A stretch of 40,711 nucleotides of DNA, from NCBI GenBank assembly GCA_964633305.1, contig CAZWGG010000002.1:1-40711 (forward strand). The letters run 5' to 3'. A program made the translations under genes and the position numbers. Below, one piece after another: positions 34,345 to 40,711 of this stretch. Origin of the DNA: an uncultured Bacteroidales bacterium (GTDB taxonomy: Bacteria; Bacteroidota; Bacteroidia; Bacteroidales; UBA10428). Within the stretch, counting starts at the first letter, position 1, and every line of letters begins with the position of its first letter. The notes under the pieces are model-generated. The model saw only the letters and a list, made by a program, of their open reading frames with translations, searched no databases and was not told the DNA's origin.

Positions 34345-35704
34345 AATTTGAATCACTATTTTTATCTTTTGGGTTATTATCACCATTATCATTTATAGTA
34401 TTCCCAAAGGGATCAAGACCCATTTTTTTCATATCATCTATTTTTTGTTTTTTCTCTTCTTCTAATCTTTTTAATTCTTCTTCTACGCCATGTTTTACAA
34501 GCGGATGCGCCTCTAGTATAGTCTTTAAAGAAAGCATGTTTAAGGATTTTAAACAATCGTCAATTCTTTCAGATTCATTTATTAGCATACTCTTATTAAA
34601 TTCTAAATCTTTTTTGTAATTACCTCTAAAGAAATCATTAATAAAATCAACAAATTTATTGTAAAATTCTATAATTCTTTTTTCACAGTCTGAACTTTTT
34701 AAATCTAATTGTATATACCTTGATTTAATTACTGTATTAGTTATTTGTGTACCTTCTGCTAATTTTGAAGGGTCAACACCTCTACCAATTAGGAAAATAA
34801 CATCCCTTAATATATTCAATAATAAATTTCTTGCTTCTACTGGAATATCAATGGTCATATAACCAGCATCGCCATCTTTATCAACAGATACACCTTTGGC
34901 ATCTCTTATTTTGTCCATAGCTGCTTTTATATCTGCATTTTCCCCAACATAACCACGTAGCACTAGTAAAGCTTCTTGAAATTTTTCAACATTATCAACA
35001 AAACCTGTGCATATTCCATTATAAGCTATAATTAAATTTTCTATATCCTCTATATCACTTGTAATATCCTTATTATTTTCTAAGCAAATAAAAGGCACAA
35101 TATTAAAATTACTATCAACAGTTTTTTCTACAATATCACCAACAAAATATTTTGTTGTATAATGACTTTCAATTCTATCTTCTAAGATAACATTTTCTTT
35201 ATTATAAACTAAATATCTAACACCTTGATTTGTCCAGATCTCAACAATTAAATTATCATCCTCTTTGTAGTATCTAATAATTTGTTTTATTTGCTTATTA
35301 TCTGGTGTATACTCTGGTATAATCTCAGAATCTTTTATTATAATGAAATCTAGTTTATTTTTATTAGTATATAAATGTAACCAGGCTTTACTATCTAAAG
35401 AAGCATTAAAAACTAACTTATCTAACATGGTAAAAACATTTATACCAATATCATTAATTTTTTTATCATAAGTTGGATTTTTAGCAAGTAAATAATCAAT
35501 TTTTTGAGTTACTAACATTTTAAAATAATTAATATATATCTCATTATTTTTTGTTGTAACTGAATATTCAACACCATTTTTAATATAATGCTCTGTATCT
35601 TTACCAGATTTATTTGGTTTATAGTTATAAAATTTTCTTCCTGAATATTTGCCATGCTTTCTTTTTATATCAGCATTTATAATTTCTAATATTACATCTG
35701 CCAT
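34343..35704 (-). CDS. portal protein (SPP1 gp6-like)
   Basis: 453 aa, downstream of TerL, with an acidic C-terminus. Confidence 0.8.
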   Translation of the reverse strand: MADVILEIINADIKRKHGKYSGRKFYNYKPNKSGKDTEHYIKNGVEYSVTTKNNEIYINYFKMLVTQKIDYLLAKNPTYDKKINDIGINVFTMLDKLVFNASLDSKAWLHLYTNKNKLDFIIIKDSEIIPEYTPDNKQIKQIIRYYKEDDNLIVEIWTNQGVRYLVYNKENVILEDRIESHYTTKYFVGDIVEKTVDSNFNIVPFICLENNKDITSDIEDIENLIIAYNGICTGFVDNVEKFQEALLVLRGYVGENADIKAAMDKIRDAKGVSVDKDGDAGYMTIDIPVEARNLLLNILRDVIFLIGRGVDPSKLAEGTQITNTVIKSRYIQLDLKSSDCEKRIIEFYNKFVDFINDFFRGNYKKDLEFNKSMLINESERIDDCLKSLNMLSLKTILEAHPLVKHGVEEELKRLEEEKKQKIDDMKKMGLDPFGNTINDNGDNNPKDKNSDSN

Positions 35705-35707
35705 AAT

Positions 35708-35944
35708 TTACACAACCTTTCCAGATTGTCCATATTTAATTGGACATGGTTTAAATTTTTCTTTAACCTTATTAATTTTTATTTTATCATCTGTTCCATA
35801 TCCTAAGATACATCTATCTAACATATCATTAATAGAAAAATCATTTTTATCGGCCAACTGTTTTAAATAATCAATTGTTTCAGGTGGTAATAAAAAAGTT
35901 CTTTTTGTTTTTGGTACTTTGTCGCCTTTAATTTTATTAGCCAT
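35708..35944 (-). CDS. possible ribbon-helix-helix protein (78 aa) between TerL and portal
   Basis: KRTFLLPPETIDYLKQLADKNDFSINDMLDRCI shows a beta-strand followed by two helices. Confidence 0.4.
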   Translation of the reverse strand: MANKIKGDKVPKTKRTFLLPPETIDYLKQLADKNDFSINDMLDRCILGYGTDDKIKINKVKEKFKPCPIKYGQSGKVV

Positions 35945-35962
35945 TTATAACACCTTCCTTTT

Positions 35963-37291
35963 TTAAAAGAATTTCCAATTACTATTTTTGATTATTGGTT
36001 CTAATGCATATCTTACAGCTGCTGAACCGTCTGGTTCGTCTGGATATTCATAAATTATGACGCCTGTTTTTACATCTTTTTTAAATTCATATGTTTCAAA
36101 GTCATTAGCTATGTTAGGGCATCTTTTTTTATCAATTACTATTGTTGCTCTATCTGATACCCACTTGATACCATGATCTTTTGAATCTTTGCCTTTCTCA
36201 ACTCCAATTATATAAAGTCCCATTTGATTTAATTCGTTTATTGTCCGTGGATCTTCTGAGTCACCACGTATTAATAAAGAACCTGCTTTTGGTTTTATTT
36301 CTCTTACCAATGTTTTATTATTAGCTTTATAAAGATATACTTCATCAAATATATATATTGTTTCTGTAGCAGCATCATAAAAACATTCAACATAACAAGT
36401 AGCATGTGAATAACCAAAATCTAAACCCCTTTTAACCTGAGTGAATTTTTTAATTTCTTCGTCTGTTATTGTTCTTAAAACAAGACAACCTTCACCTGTT
36501 TTTGGATTTTTTTCTGGGTATATTTCCAAACCTTCTCCAACTTCTTCCCCTAAGTACATATGTCTATACTTTTTAGGGTTTATTGCTTTGATTTGTTTAG
36601 CTTTATTTATAAAAGCTTTTCCTAACCATTCTTTTGGGGCTTGTAAATATGTGCTATGGTGTATATATACATCTGTGTCAATACCCTGTTTTTCTAATTG
36701 TTCTAATTCTCTGCAATGGTCATTAACCCAATTCTTTTTGCTAGCTGGTGGATTATACATCATAAAAGCTTTTGCAATGTCTCCACCTCTAAATAATGAT
36801 TGTAATATTGAATCTACTTCATCCATACCAGCAAATTCTGTTAATTCTTCAAAGATAGCAATTTTACAATAACCTTCTTCAAATTTTAATGACTTAATCT
36901 TTTCAAAGTCTCTTTGATTTGCACAACCTCTAAAAAGAATAGTATTTCCTGTTTTAACATGCCATATTTTCATCGGACTAACTGTAAAATCCCAAATACC
37001 TTGTAAACCTAACATATTAATAGCCCAGATTAAATTGGTAAAAATTGAATCTCTTATAGTATCTTTTACTTTTCTTAAACCAACTGCATGTGTTTTAACA
37101 CCAGCTTCTGCATCTCTTGTTAAATCTAATATTGTATATAAATAAGCAAAGGAACCCTTTAAACTACCACGTCCACCTTTTAGCCAATATGTCATTTTTT
37201 CCTCTGCTTCTATACTGTGAAACATTTCATAATATACTGGACCTATTAAATCAGCAAATTTAATTGTTTTTACTTCTTCAATCATTATCAT
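35963..37291 (-). CDS. terL: terminase large subunit (PBSX-type)
   Basis: Walker A-like WLKGGRGSLKGSFAY with a C-terminal nuclease-size domain. The start is ambiguous (GTG 37294, ATG 37291 or ATG 37285) and overlaps the TerS stop. Confidence 0.85.
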   Translation of the reverse strand: MIMIEEVKTIKFADLIGPVYYEMFHSIEAEEKMTYWLKGGRGSLKGSFAYLYTILDLTRDAEAGVKTHAVGLRKVKDTIRDSIFTNLIWAINMLGLQGIWDFTVSPMKIWHVKTGNTILFRGCANQRDFEKIKSLKFEEGYCKIAIFEELTEFAGMDEVDSILQSLFRGGDIAKAFMMYNPPASKKNWVNDHCRELEQLEKQGIDTDVYIHHSTYLQAPKEWLGKAFINKAKQIKAINPKKYRHMYLGEEVGEGLEIYPEKNPKTGEGCLVLRTITDEEIKKFTQVKRGLDFGYSHATCYVECFYDAATETIYIFDEVYLYKANNKTLVREIKPKAGSLLIRGDSEDPRTINELNQMGLYIIGVEKGKDSKDHGIKWVSDRATIVIDKKRCPNIANDFETYEFKKDVKTGVIIYEYPDEPDGSAAVRYALEPIIKNSNWKFF

Positions 37292-37760
37292 CACTACTTA
37301 TATCTATATTTTTAGTTGGGACCGTTGAATCAAAAACAATTTTTACACGATCCTGATTTGTATTACTATCCATTAATTTTAGTATTTTTGCCATTAATTC
37401 AGCCGCTTTTATTTTATCCCTAGCTTTGAGTGAACATTGTCTCTCTATTATTTCATCATTAAATGTTCCAGCTTTTTCTGATGTTCTTATGACAAAATGG
37501 TGTGTTTCTGTCTCGATTCCTCGTATACAATTAGAAAGAAACTTTTGTAATTCATCAGCTTTTATAATATCCTGATCTTCTTTTTCTTTTAATCTTTCTT
37601 TTATATATTCAGCAACATCTTTATCTTTTAATAACATAAATGCTTTTTTTCTCAAACCACCAATTGTAGTTGAATGATAACCAGCTTTTTTTGCTGCTTC
37701 TGTTGCATTGAAACACACTAAATAATTATCTGCAAATTGTTTTTTCCTTTCTGTAAACAT
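37278..37760 (-). CDS. terS: terminase small subunit (Terminase_2 type)
   Basis: MFTERKKQFADNYLVCFNATEAAKKAGYHSTT matches the Terminase_2 N-terminal HTH pattern. Confidence 0.8.
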   Translation of the reverse strand: MFTERKKQFADNYLVCFNATEAAKKAGYHSTTIGGLRKKAFMLLKDKDVAEYIKERLKEKEDQDIIKADELQKFLSNCIRGIETETHHFVIRTSEKAGTFNDEIIERQCSLKARDKIKAAELMAKILKLMDSNTNQDRVKIVFDSTVPTKNIDISSDDND

Positions 37761-37784
37761 ACCCTTTCACCTCTTTCTAATTAT

Positions 37785-37793
37785 ATTATATCA
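37785..37793 (-). promoter_or_regulatory. possible extended -10 promoter (TGATATAAT) upstream of terS
   Basis: Read on the minus strand. No recognisable -35 box. Confidence 0.3.
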
Positions 37794-38282
37794 TAATTCC
37801 TCAAACACCGCTATAATACAGTGTTTCAATTCTTTTATTGGTATTGCTCGATTCTCTGTAACATATCCAGGGTTATATGAATATAATGGTTTATAAGATA
37901 ACCATTTTTCCTCATTCATATAATATAATTCTTGCAAGCTTAATGTATTAATTAAAAACACTCTCTTTGTATCTTCCATACCATAAGCAATAAAATCTGC
38001 TTCTGTATAATAAAGCCAACCTTTTCTTTTTAGTCCTTTATTTTTATAAATTTCAATTAATATATCGTTATAATCTTTCCTACGTTTTTTCTCGTCAATA
38101 GTTATAATATGACCATTATTAAAAGTAATTATCTTATCAATACCTTTTTTTTGTGTGTCTAAGTCTTCAACAAATTTTATAGTTTTTATTCCTGTAAAAA
38201 AATTAGAATAAAAATTAGTAAATAAAGAATCTTTTGCTGCATATTCTAAATCAGTGTTAAATTCATTTATTTTTAAATTCAT
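37791..38282 (-). CDS. PD-(D/E)xK-like nuclease-fold candidate (163 aa)
   Basis: Trimmed to MNLKINEF (ATG 38282, a 20-nt overlap with the methyltransferase gene). Contains GIDKII...ITIDEKKRR, a D...D-E-K arrangement. Confidence 0.4.
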   Translation of the reverse strand: MNLKINEFNTDLEYAAKDSLFTNFYSNFFTGIKTIKFVEDLDTQKKGIDKIITFNNGHIITIDEKKRRKDYNDILIEIYKNKGLKRKGWLYYTEADFIAYGMEDTKRVFLINTLSLQELYYMNEEKWLSYKPLYSYNPGYVTENRAIPIKELKHCIIAVFEEL

Positions 38283-39399
38283 TTTCAACAATCCCTTCTG
38301 CTTGATTACCCCACACATTCCAATTATTATTGATTTTTTGTCTTGCAAACATTTCTAATAAAGTCTTGCCTAGAAACATTTTTTCAATCATATTATAATA
38401 TTTGTTTGGTTTTTTACTATGTTTTGTTTTTTTCTCTCTAAATACTGAACTAAAACGGTTTTCTGGTTCTGGTGGTTTTGCTTCTCCTTTAGTACCAATT
38501 AAAAGAATTTCGTGTTGTCCTCTACACCAATAACCCATGCCAATAGTTTCTTTATCCCATACCATATTAGTCTTATAATTGAAACCCCAATATTTTAATA
38601 ATTCTATAGCTTCAATTAATTTTGGTGCTGTTGCCCACATTAACATAACAGAATTTTTTGCAGCTGGTATATTAATTTCCTTTAGTTCTTCTAAAGACAT
38701 AGTTGGATAATTATTTTCAATTTCTCTATTACTAGATTGTGAAAAATCATATTTCCATGGTGGATCAATATAAATAACATCATATAATCCAGTTATTATT
38801 GGTGTTTTAATAGTTTTTAACTTTTCTATTTCTTTTCGTTTCTCAGCTTGCTTTATATCGTTATACACTTTATTAACTGTTGTAGTACCTGTTTTTAGCT
38901 CCTTCTTTTGTTCAACTGTTCCTTTTTCCTCAACTTGTTTTACTTTATTCAAAGTACCTTTTGAAACATTAAAAGTTTCTGCTGCTGTTTTTTCACTATC
39001 AACCTTCCCCAATATTGGGGAACCTTCCCCGGCCTTTGACATGTTTTCTTTACCTTTAATTTTTAAAAGTTCTTGGAGCTTTAAAGCTAATAGACCTTTA
39101 TCATAATTATTTAAATTCCTTCTACCAGCTTGATTTAATAATATCCATGTTAATACGTCGTGTCTATCCTGGAACCTCTCAGTATAATCGATTGTATCAA
39201 AATCTAACCAACCATTATCTTTAGATATCTTAAATCTGTTATGACCATCAATAATTAAATCATTCCATATACAAATTGGTTCTCTTATACCATCATTACA
39301 ACAATTTTCTTGTAATTGTTCAAATTCCTCTTTTGTCAAAGGTGGTATCCAGCTTTCAAACTCTTTATCAATCTTTAAATCTTTATTGGCATAACTCAT
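38263..39399 (-). CDS. ParB-like N-terminal domain fused to an MT-A70-family N6-adenine DNA methyltransferase
   Basis: IIDGHNRFKI (ParB-like motif) and IYIDPPWKY (DPPW catalytic motif). Confidence 0.85.
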   Translation of the reverse strand: MSYANKDLKIDKEFESWIPPLTKEEFEQLQENCCNDGIREPICIWNDLIIDGHNRFKISKDNGWLDFDTIDYTERFQDRHDVLTWILLNQAGRRNLNNYDKGLLALKLQELLKIKGKENMSKAGEGSPILGKVDSEKTAAETFNVSKGTLNKVKQVEEKGTVEQKKELKTGTTTVNKVYNDIKQAEKRKEIEKLKTIKTPIITGLYDVIYIDPPWKYDFSQSSNREIENNYPTMSLEELKEINIPAAKNSVMLMWATAPKLIEAIELLKYWGFNYKTNMVWDKETIGMGYWCRGQHEILLIGTKGEAKPPEPENRFSSVFREKKTKHSKKPNKYYNMIEKMFLGKTLLEMFARQKINNNWNVWGNQAEGIVENEFKNK

Positions 39400-39623
39400 T
39401 ATCTTTTACACATCCTTTTAAGTCTAAAATAAAATAGTTTAAAGGCTAACCAATTAAATTTAATTTTCCAGGCTAAAATTTCTACCTTTTCTAGAAAAGT
39501 ATCTTTTCTTCTAATTACAAAATTAACTTCTTGTACTGTAGCAAGTACTTTTTGATTTTCTTTACCATAATTAATATATAGTGTACCAGCATCTAATTTT
39601 AAATCATTATTTCCTTGGCCCAT
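39399..39623 (-). CDS. hypothetical 74-aa protein with a tail-tube-like N-terminal motif
   Basis: Trimmed to MGQGNNDLKLDAGTLYINYGKENQKVLA (ATG 39623, 9 nt after AAGGAG). Confidence 0.5.
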   Translation of the reverse strand: MGQGNNDLKLDAGTLYINYGKENQKVLATVQEVNFVIRRKDTFLEKVEILAWKIKFNWLAFKLFYFRLKRMCKR

Positions 39624-39637
39624 TACTATCATCTCCT

Positions 39638-39721
39638 TTAATAATTTATTATATTTAAAAATTTCCAGACTAACAGCCCTACACATACAGCTATTATTAA
39701 ACCTATTATCATTATTAACAT
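39638..39721 (-). CDS. possible 27-aa hydrophobic peptide
   Basis: AAGGAGG, then 6 nt, then ATG 39721. Translation MLIMIIGLIIAVCVGLLVWKFLNIINY. Confidence 0.3.
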   Translation of the reverse strand: MLIMIIGLIIAVCVGLLVWKFLNIINY

Positions 39722-39772
39722 GTCTTAGCCTCCTTTATACCCTTTATATTTATTATACCATAATCAACTTGT

Positions 39773-40267
39773 TTATACCACTTTCTTAGCTAATTCGTAA
39801 TAATGATAGTAGAATATTTTTAAAATTAACACGCTCATATTATGACGATTTACAAAGTATATATTTATGCCCTGTCTTTTTTGTAATAATAAAAAATTTG
39901 CTATGAATGAATTTTTATTAAAGTCTGATCCATAACACCCACTTAATAAATTATCTATTGAATCATTTTCTATTAAAAGATACTTTTCACATTTTGAAAC
40001 TTTGTCAAATTCTTTATAAAATCGTGTTCTTTTAGTTTCTGTTGATAAGTTACCAGATAATTCTGTCAGGCTGTTTTTTCTTTCTATAATTATTAATTGT
40101 GGTTTATCATTAAATTTATATCCATAATCCCCCGCTTTCATATGCTCAATTTTAAAAGGGATTTTCATTTTCTTAAAATAATTAGTTATCCAATAATTAA
40201 CTTTTTCTTGTTGGTCAACAACAACTTCAATTTCTTTTAACCATTCGTCGTATTTTAATATTTTCAT
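39773..40267 (-). CDS. ERCC4 (XPF/Mus81)-type nuclease
   Basis: VVVDQQE...KAGDYGY...LIIIERKNSLTEL matches the ERCC4-domain core (GDY and ERK motifs). Confidence 0.7.
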   Translation of the reverse strand: MKILKYDEWLKEIEVVVDQQEKVNYWITNYFKKMKIPFKIEHMKAGDYGYKFNDKPQLIIIERKNSLTELSGNLSTETKRTRFYKEFDKVSKCEKYLLIENDSIDNLLSGCYGSDFNKNSFIANFLLLQKRQGINIYFVNRHNMSVLILKIFYYHYYELAKKVV

Positions 40268-40313
40268 TTCAACACCTCATAAATTTTATATAATATATGT
40301 CTTTTTAATATAA

Positions 40314-40334
40314 GAACCCTATTAAATAGGGTTC
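40314..40334. terminator. palindromic hairpin gaaccctat-taa-atagggttc after the Cys-rich gene
   Basis: 9-bp stem followed by TTATATT on the minus strand. Confidence 0.45.
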
Positions 40335-40397
40335 CCTTATCCGATAGTATTATTTTAAATTCTAGTAATATTAAATAGTTTTCAAATTGTTTAATCA

Positions 40398-40711
40398 TTA
40401 TAAATTTATCTTTCCTTCCTCTTCACCTTTTAATAAATCTGTTAATCGTTTTTTACATTCAGGACAAAGTAATATAATTCTTTGTCCATGACTAAAAAAT
40501 AATTCTGTAGGTTTGTTTGTCGTTTCATTGAAAGCCTTACCACATGATACACAATTGCACTCATTGAACTCTTTAACTGTCATACCATTAACATTTTTTA
40601 AATAACTATCAATAATTATCATTATTAAAATTTCCTCCTTAAGATTAATAAACTCTTTTTTTAACTTATATAATAAACTTTCTTTATTCAAATAATTTAA
40701 TAACTTTTGTC
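40398..40711 (-). CDS. C-terminal part of the junction-spanning Cys-rich ORF (alternatively an independent 74-aa zinc-ribbon protein from ATG 40622)
   Basis: CNCVSCGK...LLCPECKK zinc ribbon. An internal AAGGAGG plus ATG 40622 could start a separate product. The upstream reading frame is open through the repeat into 374..1. Confidence 0.6.
   Translation of the reverse strand, partial: QKLLNYLNKESLLYKLKKEFINLKEEILIMIIIDSYLKNVNGMTVKEFNECNCVSCGKAFNETTNKPTELFFSHGQRIILLCPECKKRLTDLLKGEEEGKINL
40657..40711. repeat. Second copy of the 55-bp terminal direct repeat
   Basis: Exact copy of bases 1-55. Confidence 0.95.

Noticed and set aside
1030-36872. Plus-strand ORFs nested antisense inside long minus-strand genes (1030..1260, 10263..10496, 14869..15111, 15809..16099, 18900..19082, 21685..21945, 23248..23439, 31511..31738, 31778..32089, 33024..33206, 35649..35870, 36441..36872)
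   Set aside because: All lie wholly or largely within well-supported genes on the other strand, lack RBS, and have low-complexity translations. They are typical shadow ORFs.
1-40711. Stop-codon reassignment or suppressor tRNA
   Set aside because: All large genes (1746, 1054, 948 and 691 aa) are open in the standard code, and the only intact tRNA has a CAT anticodon.

Overview
The window is a complete, circularly closed phage genome. About 40,656 bp are unique, and bases 1-55 are repeated exactly at 40657-40711. It is AT-rich and belongs to a tailed dsDNA phage with a siphovirus-type morphogenesis module. The host is probably a low-GC Gram-positive bacterium, judging by AGGAGG-type ribosome-binding sites (RBS), an Amidase_3 endolysin, an XhlA-like holin and an LPXTG-motif gene.

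Almost every gene is on the minus strand. The only plus-strand unit is a two-gene operon at 13240-13946. Reading the minus strand round the circle, the order is:
- 13117-7339: replication operon. A 1746-aa fusion of family-B DNA polymerase, primase-like region, zinc finger and SF2 helicase, then a HIRAN protein.
- 7338-6742: non-coding region with 17-bp iterons and palindromes.
- 6790-4293: promoter, small ORFs interleaved with one tRNA-Met and three partial tRNA-like elements, then holin and endolysin.
- 4043-380: two near-identical consensus early promoters, an acidic protein, an XRE-like HTH protein, an ERF annealase and a Gam-like protein.
- Across the junction: a Cys-rich ORF that reads through the 55-bp overlap in frame.
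- 40267-37791: ERCC4 nuclease, ParB/MT-A70 methyltransferase and a PD-(D/E)xK-like protein.
- 37760-16404: morphogenesis module. TerS, TerL, portal, scaffold, capsid, an 11-residue-repeat fibre, a glycosyltransferase, a GH18-tail-tube fusion next to its short tube paralog, G/GT chaperones with an A-AAA-AAG -1 frameshift site, tape measure and tail-tip proteins.
- 16310-13957: a separately promoted accessory cassette encoding an LPXTG surface protein.

No integrase, CRISPR array, rRNA or transposon was seen.

The most unusual items are the single-polypeptide replisome, the GH18/tail-tube fusion with an internal RBS and ATG, the glycosyltransferase plus repeat-fibre pair, the degenerate tRNA-like array, and the AbrB-type operon under fully overlapping divergent promoters.

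All family assignments come from motifs read by eye. No database search or folding program was run.
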